Shown here piece by piece: positions 12,093 through 23,885 of a DNA stretch of 64,000 bases (positions within the stretch are counted from its first letter, which is position 1; every line of letters begins with the position of its first letter). The DNA lies in assembly GCA_001687465.1 (NCBI GenBank), contig LVLI01000135.1:1-64000 (forward strand), read 5' to 3'. The position numbers and the translations under genes are program-made. The notes beneath the pieces were generated by a model, which saw only the letters and a program-made list of their open reading frames with translations, ran no database searches and was not told the DNA's origin. This DNA comes from Halocafeteria seosinensis. Its lineage: Eukaryota.

Positions 12093-13511
12093 TTTCGCTG
12101 GAGCAAAAGGGAAATAGAGGCAGTCAACTCTCACTCGGATGTAAGATATCAGAACCAAAAAATTACAAGCTCTGGTACGGATTGGAAAAAGAATAATAAG
12201 TGTTCTCTGTACGAGGAGGGCAAACAACAGCAATAGGAGTAGTCAATCCACTAACTTCTCCTCTCACTCCGTCCCCGGGGATCCAATGAGTCAAGGGCTC
12301 GTGGGAGCAAGCTCATGTCAAACTCACAGTTGCTTGTAGCAAGCTAATTGAGGCTCGTTGAAAGCACTCTGATTCCACTCTCTTATTCTTCATAGAAATT
12401 CCCGGTCCATTCGGGGCATTTTCGAAAACAATTTGGCTACTCGTAAGTTCACCAAGCCCGTTGGATTCCTCGACCCTCCCACCCGGTGTAACCCTGGTAA
12501 CCGGTATATACCTTATTGATATTGCCCTGAATGCACAATGAAGCGTTGTGATTGTAGTTGAACCCAACTACACAAACCTCTCGATACATGCCACAGATAC
12601 GTCTGGACCCTCGACCTCCACTAACAAGTTGTACCCAGCCCTGGGTTTTCAGATCGATACAATAGTAACGACAGCACTCACGAACGAAGTGCTGCTAGAT
12701 CCTTATCGGGGTCTTGTTCAAAGAACACGAATAACTCGCAACTCGTTCTACAACATGCAGCATAAGCCCACAAAGGGGTACAGGTGCGTACTTACTTTGT
12801 CTAAGCTCGCCGAATATGCGAATTCCGGAATGGGTCACTTCCGGGTATGTTTTGCTCAGTCTAAAGGCTGCGGTACACTTCTGTTTAGCACGCTGATACA
12901 GTAGAGTGTGCAACGTGCTTACCTTACTGTCGTTGGTGGTGCATGTCGACAGTTCTCAACCCACACATTGGCCCCTAGAGCTAACTTAGGCCACCGTAGT
13001 ATGTACACTCGTAGTCTAGGTATCAAAGAGCTTGTACAGCGTAACCAGTCGAAAAAGAGCCTTGTATACTCGCTCTTGGTTCGCCGTTGAGCGTTGGTGC
13101 TGCGCAAACCGACCACAAGTTGAAGTTGATGTGCTGTCGCTTTCTCCCGTATGACGCGCTTTTTCTCGTTTCTGGATGAATTCACCAAGTTGGGAGTGGA
13201 ATATTGAACTCACACACAGCATCTCGTTGTGTCCTTGCGACACAGACAACAACAACTGGGAGCAAACAATGAAGTGCAACATTTGTTTGTCGCCTCTTAA
13301 CGTTTCCCCGTCAAGTTTCGCCGCAATAGAGGCTTATATAGGATGAAATAGTCCATTTTTTCCCCGTATTGTATCCGCAGCTATTCTATACGGCTGTGCC
13401 CATCTGATGCGCCGTAGTTCGGTCTGATGCGGGAACGCAAGCGATCGTCAGAACCGATGATTTAGCATCCTTACCGAGTTTTGGTGGTAACATATCTCGC
13501 ACGACACCAGT

Positions 13512-16500
13512 GTGCGCGCGATGGACGGCGCCACTGGTCGTTCAGCTTCTGTTCGGCGTCTTCGAAGAGGAGGCCGAGAGGAGGGCTCACACTTTCATCG
13601 TCCAAGGAGCCAAGGCCCAACACCGTCGAGACGACAACCCTCTCACCAGGAAACACCTCGGACCATGGAGGAGCGATTGCGGGAGCAGCGACAACGATTC
13701 CGGGAGTCCAAGGAAGCTTTGAACAGGAGCTACTCGCGGCTGGCATCGCCTCGGAGTGTTCGAGAGGAGGGCTCTGTGAGATCTCGACGAGTGGAGGAAG
13801 AGTCTCGGCGGAGTCCGAGTGTGACGAAAGTAAATAATCCTATATCGCCTGCACGCACACATGCTCACACTGTCCACAAGCCTCAGTGGCATGGATCAGG
13901 GTTGCCTACTGATTCCCGACTCTTTGAGGTTTGGGGCGCAAGGAAGTCTTCAAATGCCTCCCCGGCGGCGGTGCCAGGACGCATCTCGTCTACGGCGTTT
14001 TCTAAGAAGTTAAAAGAATCTACGCCGTTAGCTCTTCGGAGTAGACGAGTCAGCCGCGATCCCACGGACAGACGTAGAAACCACTCTGGAGAAGATCAAC
14101 ACAATGGCCATGCAGGGGGTGACACTATTATCAACCAACTAGATGATAAATCGGTTTCGCCCGCAAGGGCCTCCTCGTCCAGTACACACTATGCAAGGGA
14201 CTCCCAGGCAACGCATGCAATCAATTCTCCTCTCTTCTTTGGTCAAGAACAGGGCGAGGATAACGACCCAGTGCTGCTTCAGGCCATAAATCATTTCGTT
14301 CATCAATTCAACCAAGATGGTAATGAAGAACAGCTTCGGGAATCAGAAAGAATCATCAAATCTCGCCTGGGAAACGATGTGTTTGAGGAGTTATTGGCAG
14401 GCCTGCAAAATGCACCCTCTCCTAGTCGTCAACGTGAAGGGTTAAATTCTAACGGACCAACGGGTTCCCAAGCGGATGGAGAGGAAGTTGCTCTCAAAGA
14501 CCTGCAGCAAAGAAACGTGGCCCACCGCGAACGGATCGTCGAGCTCCAGAAAACAGTTCAACAATTGCGTGTTGAGCGAGACGATGCTCGCAGTGAAGCA
14601 CAACGGAAGAATGACATCATTCGGGAGTTAGAAACAAAACCCCCGGAAACTGCACAGAAGGCAAAAAGTCAACTGCGTCAACATAGGACACTGAGGCGTC
14701 TGCGAGAGCAAGCAAACGAAATTGGTAGTGCCTTCAATAAGCTAAAATCAGACTTCCAGCGGCATGCTTACCATTCTAACCAAGTGTTTCCAGCAACAAT
14801 TTCTGATATACTGGATGAAACAGAAAAACAAGACCGGGTGCTTTCTCAAATGAAGAAAATGATGGAGCAGTTCTCTTCAGCAGCCGTGTCCGACGAGAAT
14901 TCGGAGCGTAAAATAGAACAATTGACCAACGAGAGAGAAGAACTGAAGCGACAGCTGGAGAGTGAAAAGTCTAAACAGGCTCGAAATACCAAACAGCATG
15001 AAACCCAGATGGCACAACTAGAAGAGGAAGTTGCCTATTACAAAGATACGGCAGCGACGGAACGTCAGGAGAAGGAAAGCATACAAGAGCGCTGGAAAAC
15101 CGAAAAGAATAGAGCGATTGATACTCAGCAGAAAGTCGAATCGCTCCAACAAGAACTTGCTCGGCAGAAGGAAGAAACTGAACAACACAAGCAAGAAGAG
15201 GGTGAGACTTTAAGGACAGAGAACAAGAAACTCGAAAGCATGTTGAAACATAAGGATGAAGAGCTTTCGAATCTCAAGGATCAAATACAAGGTGTGGACA
15301 ACTGGAAGTACAGGGTATTTCAGTCACTCCAGAGCCGTATGTCGACAGAAGTCGAAAACTGCTCGGCCGCCTTGGAATACGAACTCAAGGGGGTCGAACA
15401 TGAATTAAAGCAGAAGCAGGTAACACTGAGATCACTCGAAAAACAGGTTGGAACAATCGCATCACAGTTACCACTGTCGATCGATAGGGAAATAAGCCGA
15501 AGAAAGGAGTCAGAAAACGAACTCGTAAGTCTGAAGGAGAGGATGAAGAATTTGGAAGAGGAACTCCGAGAGAAGGAAGAGCTACTATCGCAAGAGTCCA
15601 AACGCGTGAAAGAATTGGAAAGACACTTGCAAGAGATGAAGGAACATCTCGGAAATAACGATGAAGACAATGAGGAACTAAGCTTTTCGCGGAAAGAAAC
15701 GGAGAACCTGCAAAGGCAATTAGCAGGGAAAGACGATGAGTTGCAAAAAATATCCTCTGAAGTGGAAGACCTTCGACAGGAGAAGGAACAGAAGGACAAA
15801 CTCAAAGACGAATTGCAAAAATTGCGAGACGGTACCGAAGAAGATAAAGAGAACTTGCGAAAAGAGTTGGAAACAACTCAAAGTACTCTACAAGAAAAAG
15901 AGCAGTCGCTGCTGGAGGAATCAAAGCGCGTGAAGGAGTTAGAAGAGAACCTGCAGCAGTTGAAAGAACGTCTTCACCAAGAAGGTGAAACTGAACAGGT
16001 GCGTTCTTTGCAAGAAGAGACAGAAACCTTGAGAAAGCAAATAACAGAAAAGAACAACGAAAGGGCGCTCATGGAAGAAAAACTGCAACATATTCAAGAA
16101 AGAACCAAGGAGTTTGAACAGTCCATCCCCAAAACTCTTACCGAGTTTAGAATAGAGTACGATGCAACTTCTGAAGACGATGAGCAAGGACATAAGATAG
16201 AGTCAGCATCAAAGAAGATTCATGAATTGCTGACTTCTATTAATAGGTATAAGGCTACTCTCAAGCAAGATATCGAATCCGTAAGTAAAGCCATGAACTA
16301 CAGCAAAGTCCAGGAGAGACTAAAGAATTCTAGCTTTAGCCTTGCGGATATCCTGGAATTATCCTCTACCCTCCTGCACTCATTTGCAAGAGATCCAGCA
16401 AAATCTAAGAGAAGGTCTTCGGCATCAAGACAAGGGCATGAAACTACTGATAGCTCTAATCATGCCTCCAAACCCGCGGGGTTATCAGGAGATGAGGACT

Positions 16501-17279
16501 ATCGTGCTGAAGGAAATGCTAACTCATCATCCAATACGACAGAGACTCCTAAGCCAGAATCTGGTAGAGAAGCGACGAATTCCGTTCCAACTTCCGAAAC
16601 TGTCCCTCCGACAGATAGCGAAAAACCTCCGGCTCCCCGACCTCCACCGCGACCCCGCGATCATCGGAGTAGCGACAGCTCGGGCACTCACTCAACGAGT
16701 GCCGCTTCTTCGACAACCGCTTCCCATGCGGTCACTGGTTCAAAGACTAGCAGCAGTCCCCCTACTCCTCCAAGAGTACCTGCTCCACCACGCTCAGCAG
16801 GAGGTGCAACTAGCTCAAGCACAACCGCAAGCCCTCCACGCGCGCCCCAGCCACCTCCTCGTCCTCCATCTTCCCAAGGTGGTTCCTCCTCTGCAACCCG
16901 TAGTCCACCGGGACCGCCTCCGTCCAAATCGACTGGATCTCCCACTCCTCCAACAGGCGCTTCGAAGCCACCGACTAGTGCATCGGGCTCTTCATCTAGC
17001 TCTCAGCCGCCTCCTCAAGCACCCGGCAGTACATCAGGGACGCGTCCTCAGCCACCGTCAAACTCGCCTCCGAAACCGAGGCCACCTTCTGCTTCAACTC
17101 CAAAGCCTCAGCCTCCCTCAAATCCCTCAGAGCAGAATCCAGGAAAAGCAGGAGACTCCAAACCCCCAACTACACCACCAAAACCCAAGGGTAGTGTGAT
17201 CCCACGTCCGCCTCCTTCCCAAAGTCCCCCGAACAAGCCAAAGCCTCCATCAGCACCACCACTGTCGAAGAAAAAGTGA
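13512..17279 (+). CDS. Large intronless coiled-coil protein with Pro/Ser-rich C-terminal tail
   Basis: 1255-codon ORF: disordered N-terminus, long E/K/Q heptad region and a poly-Pro/Ser tail. True ATG probably at 13521 or 13663-region. Confidence 0.85.
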   Translation: MRAMDGATGRSASVRRLRRGGREEGSHFHRPRSQGPTPSRRQPSHQETPRTMEERLREQRQRFRESKEALNRSYSRLASPRSVREEGSVRSRRVEEESRRSPSVTKVNNPISPARTHAHTVHKPQWHGSGLPTDSRLFEVWGARKSSNASPAAVPGRISSTAFSKKLKESTPLALRSRRVSRDPTDRRRNHSGEDQHNGHAGGDTIINQLDDKSVSPARASSSSTHYARDSQATHAINSPLFFGQEQGEDNDPVLLQAINHFVHQFNQDGNEEQLRESERIIKSRLGNDVFEELLAGLQNAPSPSRQREGLNSNGPTGSQADGEEVALKDLQQRNVAHRERIVELQKTVQQLRVERDDARSEAQRKNDIIRELETKPPETAQKAKSQLRQHRTLRRLREQANEIGSAFNKLKSDFQRHAYHSNQVFPATISDILDETEKQDRVLSQMKKMMEQFSSAAVSDENSERKIEQLTNEREELKRQLESEKSKQARNTKQHETQMAQLEEEVAYYKDTAATERQEKESIQERWKTEKNRAIDTQQKVESLQQELARQKEETEQHKQEEGETLRTENKKLESMLKHKDEELSNLKDQIQGVDNWKYRVFQSLQSRMSTEVENCSAALEYELKGVEHELKQKQVTLRSLEKQVGTIASQLPLSIDREISRRKESENELVSLKERMKNLEEELREKEELLSQESKRVKELERHLQEMKEHLGNNDEDNEELSFSRKETENLQRQLAGKDDELQKISSEVEDLRQEKEQKDKLKDELQKLRDGTEEDKENLRKELETTQSTLQEKEQSLLEESKRVKELEENLQQLKERLHQEGETEQVRSLQEETETLRKQITEKNNERALMEEKLQHIQERTKEFEQSIPKTLTEFRIEYDATSEDDEQGHKIESASKKIHELLTSINRYKATLKQDIESVSKAMNYSKVQERLKNSSFSLADILELSSTLLHSFARDPAKSKRRSSASRQGHETTDSSNHASKPAGLSGDEDYRAEGNANSSSNTTETPKPESGREATNSVPTSETVPPTDSEKPPAPRPPPRPRDHRSSDSSGTHSTSAASSTTASHAVTGSKTSSSPPTPPRVPAPPRSAGGATSSSTTASPPRAPQPPPRPPSSQGGSSSATRSPPGPPPSKSTGSPTPPTGASKPPTSASGSSSSSQPPPQAPGSTSGTRPQPPSNSPPKPRPPSASTPKPQPPSNPSEQNPGKAGDSKPPTTPPKPKGSVIPRPPPSQSPPNKPKPPSAPPLSKKK

Positions 17280-17577
17280 TAGTGTCTCTTTGCTTCAACG
17301 GCTGAAGTGTGAACCGCGTTCGCAACACTGTTGCCCCAGTGTAGTATACAGGTGCGGAGCATTCCCCTCCGAGTTTTGCTGTGGCTCTTAAAGGGGCGTC
17401 AATAAGTTGATATGAACGAGAATGAATACCTCAGCAGTTCTGCTTATAGCTAGGGAACAAAATTGTGGTGTGCCAAGAGTATGTCAGAGGATGAGCAGGC
17501 AAAGTATAATGTCATGTTCATTGGTAGGAGCTACGTTGAACGCACAGCTTTTTGGAATCCGCGCCCCCAGCAAGAGC

Positions 17578-19432
17578 TCAATGGTCAGTTTCCACCCAAT
17601 CTTTTGGATTCTTCAACACCTGCAGAAGTCTTTCCTCCTCACTCCCACGGTCAGGCTCATGACAATATTCCCACGAGGCTGTTAGTGGCAAAGACATCAG
17701 GATTGATTCAATCCTGGACCCAGGTGTAGCTAAACCAAATTTTGTCCCCCTATCGTGCACTAAATTAAACTCAACATAACGTCCATGCCTGAGTTTCTGC
17801 CACCGCTGCTGGTCAAAATTGTAGGGCATGTTCTTTCGTCTCGAAAGAATGGGTATGTAAGCACTAAGGAAAGAATCCTGCAGAACATTGCAAATATACG
17901 ATTACAAGGAACCATGCCTCTTGACAGCAAGACGCAAGACCGTACCCCGACCCCTTTGACGAAGTCCAAACACCTCTTCTGACGTTGTTTAGCCTCTTCA
18001 TTGGATTCATTTTTCTCCTGAGAGTAGGAAGGCAAGTCTTCTAGATCATCGAAAAAGATTCCTCCCACCCCTCTTGCTTCATTCCGGTGGCTGATCCAAA
18101 AGTACTCATCACACCACTTTTTGTATGCTCCGTACATTCCCTGCTCCCCGAATTTGTCACACGCATTCTTAAGGACCGAGTGAAAATGCCGAGCATCCTC
18201 ATCATACAGGTAATGGGGGGTTAAGTCAGTACCACCTGAGAATGGCACATTCAAATAGACCCTGTTTGCCAGAGACATTTGACAAAACGAGCAGCATAAT
18301 TAATGTACCTCCAAACCACCAAACTAGTTTCTCATCACCGGTCTTTGGATCTTTGCAGAGCACTTCGAAGAAGCGAAAATTAGCGTGAACGGTAGGAGCC
18401 TGCCGAAACATCAAGAAATGTCCATGAAATCCGTCGACCGCATGAAGCCAAAGCAACATTATTTTCGTGCTTACATGAGGATTTCTAGGATGTATCACTA
18501 AGCTGACACCTGTTACATAAAACGGTAAATCTTCTCCGAAAATGTCTTTTCCTGCAACGAGAGTGAACATAGATATATACTCCAAGAATACTGAATAGGA
18601 ATATGCTTACCTCTCGCTTTCATTTGCTTTACTGCGGATGCTGGTAACGTTCCATGGATGACGGATACGTTGACACCTCCCTTTTCAATGACATTTCCAT
18701 GCTGAGCAGAATGATTTGTACTAAAATAAGTAACGGTTGATGTGTGGGCGAATCAAGTCAGCGACGGACTTACTTGTAGGACTCTGCTTCGGCCACCACC
18801 TCCATCATTTGGGCGTTGCCATTGATCCTCGTGGAATGAGCCGCCATCAATTTCCGAAATCGTCTGAACAACAGAATCTGACATTCTTATCAGGGTCGAA
18901 CATCAGGGCACAGTGAGGTACATACATCACAAATTTTATCCTGTAGGTCAAACATCATCGTCTCTATGTCATCCCGGTTGTGAGACTTGAATGGTGTATC
19001 AGGACTCCGGAATTGAATCTGCAACAGTTGGACCCATGCGTCAATAAGAATTCATTACAAAATACTTTACCGCATGAGGCTTACCTCCCTCGACGAAGAC
19101 GAAGATGGCAAGGATTCACCCGTGGTGGGACTATGATTATCGAAATTTGGGGCATTACTGTTCTTTCCTTGATCGTGACCCGTGTTTCCGATACCAGACC
19201 TTGGCTTCTCACACTTCGCTGACGCAATTCCACCCAAGGAAGCCGCCAAGACGGCAGCCGCTATTTTCCACGGCCCAAAGCGGGTGGATGACGCACCCTC
19301 GCCGTCATTCCCTTTCCACGTGGGGAGCACTGAAAAACGAGGGACACCCGAGGCGGCGGCTGCTTTGGAAGTGTAAGTAGTACGCGTGAAATGCGTAATA
19401 CCACGTGCAATGCGTTCTGTCTGTCTCAGCAT
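17578..19432 (-). CDS. CPOX: Oxygen-dependent coproporphyrinogen III oxidase, multi-exon, with mitochondrial-type presequence
   Basis: [97 protein letters not shown]. Confidence 0.97.
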
Positions 19433-19807
19433 CACTAGATACCAGCACTTACTATAGCACATACACAGAGGAGAGCGACAACTATTCTTATGACGGCGAT
19501 TAATGTACGACTGGCCTACAATTCGTCTCACTACAGGGGTCTACATAATACTCCATGATCAGCTTCACAAGAGACTCGCATATCCCTGTGAAGTTGCTAG
19601 ATGGAACTGAACTTAAGGTTGTAGTCTGAAACTGTTAGCCATGATTAACGGATGTAGAGTTTTGAGAAGCACATATTCTAGTGCGTCCAATAAGTTGTCT
19701 GTTTTCTTTTTCGCTTGAGCACGACAAGCAAACAATACATTTTGCAACTGATTGTACATGTACCGAGCGAAGAACTGAAGTTGAGTGAAGTTTTAATCTT
19801 AGTTTAG

Positions 19808-19851
19808 CGACGACGAAGATGTGACTGATGGCCCACCAGCAGCTGGATGTT
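19808..19851 (+). repeat. Dispersed intergenic repeat, copy 1 (about 45 bp)
   Basis: cgacgacgaagatgtgactgatggcccaccagcagctggatgtt, near-identical to 41513-41560. Confidence 0.85.
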
Positions 19852-20334
19852 AGGCGCTCCATGTTTAGCACCCGTCGACGGGACGTCGTAGCGGGGGCGG
19901 CAGAGTTGACCACTCTGTGAACGGATTCAGGCAGGCTTTCCGTGTTTGAAGGCTTCACGTGACCCGCAATGCCGCGCTTGAATAGCCGCTGCACAGTTCA
20001 GACAGTTGTTTTTATGCAACGAAGCCACGGGTTGCTACAGAAGACCGCACTCGCCCGGAGTTGGTAATTTTCTTGCCAAAATTTCACGGACCATGTTTCA
20101 GTGTTTGTAAATAGAGTTAGTCAGCCAAGGGCGTAATCGACTCGCTAGTAGTGGAGTAAAGATGATGGGAGTCAAGAATCGTGGAATAAAAAAAGATCCC
20201 TCTATGACATTTTGCAACGCTTTCCACACTCACTTCGACGAGCTGTAACTTGCGCTTTATTTTAGGACACTGACAGGATTTACACAAAACAGTAGCTTAC
20301 CATCGCTTCATTCGCATGTTTTCATTTTACCTCA

Positions 20335-22465
20335 CTATCTTCGGTAGTGTTGCAAGAGCTCTTCGACGGAGGATACTGGATGCCCATCGTATGAGATAAA
20401 GGGAGAACTTGGAGGTTGCGATGATGACGAAGATGACGCCCCGCGGCGAGATCGATGTTGCCGACGATAATGAGTCTTCGAATGATGCCTCGCCAACTCT
20501 TCGCGAATTGCGGCGCCAGGGTTAGAATGGTTGTGGTACGATGATATCGAAGTGGTTTGATCAATCTTGTAGTTCAAATGCTCGAGTTCAACTGGAGTCT
20601 CTGTCATGATGGGGTTGAACCTTCGTGCGGCAGCATTGCCAACATTACTGTTGTTTCCTTTTCCGTGGCTTACAGAGTCCTTCAATTCACTGTCATTGAT
20701 TTCGTGTTCAGAGTCTTGCTGCGTACCTTGAGTGATTTGAACGGTAGCTGTGACATCGAACCCTGAGTCCGAGTCATTTGAGTCTTCCTCCTCCGCTTGT
20801 CCAAAACCGAAGTAGCTTCTAACTTGGTTCCATGCAGGGGTACGAACCCGTATAGGGGTAGCAGGGGCGATTCTTGGTTGCTTGTCATCCATGCTTCGCA
20901 AATGTGACGGCTCCTGGGATGACAAGCCTAGTTCTTGCTCAACACTGATGTCGTCGTTTGCATTCTTTGGGCCCCGTCTTCGTTTCCTCGACTTTTTACT
21001 GGAGCTTATAGGCTGTTGATTGGCTTGCCGAGCGGCAGCTATTCGCATGTGATCTTTTGCGCTACGTGAATCTTCTCCTGGACTAGATCCTCTCGAACCT
21101 CTGGAATTTATAGAGCATTGATGGACGTAACTGTTCGCGTCAATTGCACAATGATTGTAGTAGCTTACGTCTGGGAACCATCCTGAGATGCAGCACTCTG
21201 TTGCAGACGATTTCTCAATGCCACTCTAGCATTTCTCACTAGCGCTTGCATTTCTTCTCTTAACTGAGCCTGTAAATCTCGCCAAACATAAGGAGTTTCA
21301 ACAAACAGTACATCGTTGTGGAGTTGTACTAGCGTACCTTGTCTTTAGGACCGTCATGTTCCTCGGATTCTTCATGTCGGTGTTTAGATGCCCTTATTTT
21401 CTCCGCTCGTTTGCGTCTTGCTTTTGCCTGCTTCTTCTCTCTCTGAGACTGGTGCCAACGCCTTAATTCTTTCATAAGATCCTGAAATAGGCCTCGCTGA
21501 CGCTCTACAATAGCTTCCTTCGCCCTTTTCCCTGCTTCCTGCTTGACTTTACGCCTCACTGCTTCTAATCGTTGCTTCTCCATCATTTCCACCTTCTTTT
21601 GTCGTTCTCGAATCTGTTCATTTTCATTTGATGTAGACATTAAAGCCTGTTTTGCAGCAGCTGCTCTAGAGGCAAAAACATCATTGATGTTTGTGAAACC
21701 CAAAGATCTGTTACTCTCCTCGCTCCATTTACGCTCGCTCTGTTCACTGGGCAGATCACTACGCATCGACGATTGTGCCATGGGGCTGTGCTCCATCGCA
21801 GTCGATGGGTCACTTGAGCGAGGAGAATGAACAGATTCCAGTTCCATTTTCTCCCGAGTGGGTTTACCATTCGTCCCCGTGCGAGATCCGTAGGGTGCTG
21901 AAACAGTTTGAAAGAGTGCGCCGTTCTCCGCCTCCGTTTCGGAACCCGAGTATTTACCGGCTTCATTAGAGGGTAATTCATCAGTTTTTTCTTGTTGCCA
22001 CCATTGTTGTATCATGATGGCACATCCTTCTTTCAGCGAGGTCTTGCCCGGAGCAGGATTGTCGGTTACGGTGGCATTCCGTCTTCTCCTTCGTCTCCAG
22101 TTCCACAATTCATTTTCAATTAAACGAGCACCTGATTTCCATTTGGAGAACTCATATCCTTTCCGAAGTAAAAAGCCTTTGACATGCCGCTGTATTGTGA
22201 CGGCAGCGTCTTTCAATCTCTTTCGTCTACGCCTAACTAGAAAGCGAGCGTCACGTTTCACCGACTTGGGAGCATCTCCCTCCACAATCCAGTGCAGATT
22301 TTCTACGCATTGCGAGGAGCAGAGATGGTTGCGAATGAACTTCGCCGCCTCAGAAAGGTTAATTTCGGACAAATCAAGCTTTAACGACGGTACACATGAG
22401 GTATGAGGGGGATGCTCCTCATGCGAAGGGTTGTTTTGCTCTTTATCGAGGGTCATTTGCCCCAT
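20335..22465 (-). CDS. IQ-motif / coiled-coil protein, multi-exon
   Basis: ORFs 21329-22480 and 20335-21048 linked by a small exon near 21170-21275. IQ motif AAVTIQRHVKGFLLRK and IQ-like CAIMIQQWWQ. Confidence 0.65.
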
Positions 22466-23669
22466 TTCTGTATCCCACACGTACCGTCTATCAGACCCCT
22501 ACTCAACTGATCCCCTACAATAGTCTCAGTAAATAGCATTCATCCTGTGAATGGAAGCCAATTTCCCTCCTGTGGCGTCAAAATCGCGTTAATCCGCTAC
22601 TTCAAAGCTTCTCGACTACCGTTTACGGTGCTAACTATTCTACCTGGTACGAGTGGCTTTTGAGAGTCAAGTTACAATTGTACAAGCACCTTTACAGTTT
22701 GGATGAGGAGCGTACTACTGGACCTTGGTTCCCAGGAATGCGTTCAACAATTCTAAGGGAGTAAAGGACTACAAGCGAGTCGATTGTCGACATTATTGCA
22801 CCGACGGTAGGTAGGTCGCATCATGCGACTTGCAGTTTCAGCGTTGCAACGAGGCACAGATGATCGACAGATCAGAGCTAAGGTAACGAGTTCTTGTACT
22901 AGTCTAAAATAGGTTCGCATAACATTGGAAAAGTGTAATGATCCCAAATAGAGTTCGATGCTTTACTGCTCCCCCTTGTGTTGTGGTCAACTCAATCTAC
23001 TGTATACAGTACCAGGGCAGTAACATACTATGTTACTAACAGTGCTGAATTTAGGAACACTTGAGTGTGGCAGTTGGTGGTCAACTTGACAGGCATATTT
23101 CCTCGTTCGGCCTTTAGCACAATAATGTATCACAAGACGTATTTCAACTCAGATCATAGTCAATGAATTCAAGTGACCACCCGTTGCCCCCTTTACCGGT
23201 AAGAAGCGTGTACTGGTTTTGTTTCATTACGGTGTATTGCAACAAAACTGATTAAACATCCGACTACCATAGTCTCCTATCTCTTAGTTTGTAATGCTTC
23301 CATTTCAGGTTATCGAAAGGCAAAAAGTAACACTGTAGTTCAAGAATCTGCTTCTCCCACCACGCTAATCAACAAACGATGCTCATCCACAGAATGAAGA
23401 ATAAATTGAAAACCCTTGAAAACTTGTCGATGAAAACTTCAGTCTCGAACAACACGGTAAAAAGCGACATCATCGTGCCGAAAAAGGAATTCAACAATAG
23501 GAAGCACTCTCGGTCGTTTTATTAAAGCGTGTGGAAAAGGAGAACAAGAGTCTTCAGCAGTGATGATGAATCAGGAGGGGCCCGGATTCCGGCGAGTTTC
23601 ATACAGCTAAATATCACAACCAAATTTACCAATTCAACAAAAGTGGAGTTCTACTAAGTACTTAGTGGG

Positions 23670-23706
23670 CACACACACACACACACACACATACATGTAC
23701 ACACAT
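23670..23706. repeat. (CA)n microsatellite
   Basis: cacacacacacacacacacaca with a degenerate tail. Confidence 0.95.
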
Positions 23707-23885
23707 GTGACAGATAGCCCACCGAACTTCGGTGCAAGTTGTGAAAGTGTGGAAACTTGAGCGATTCACATTTTCAAGCAAACCGAAAGTTAACCAAATA
23801 ATATTTTGTATTATATTGAAATTCTGTTGATGCATATATTTTTTTCCCTGGTTGATTAAAGTGTGAGAAGCGCACCGCTGGCTCA

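Noticed and set aside
16342..17199. 285-aa alternate-frame ORF
   Set aside because: Shadow frame of the Pro/Ser-rich tail; stop-poor because of composition.
22998..23012. Palindrome tactgtatacagta (similar gtacagtactgtac near 59840)
   Set aside because: Short and low-complexity, with no terminal repeats or target-site duplication to support a MITE.
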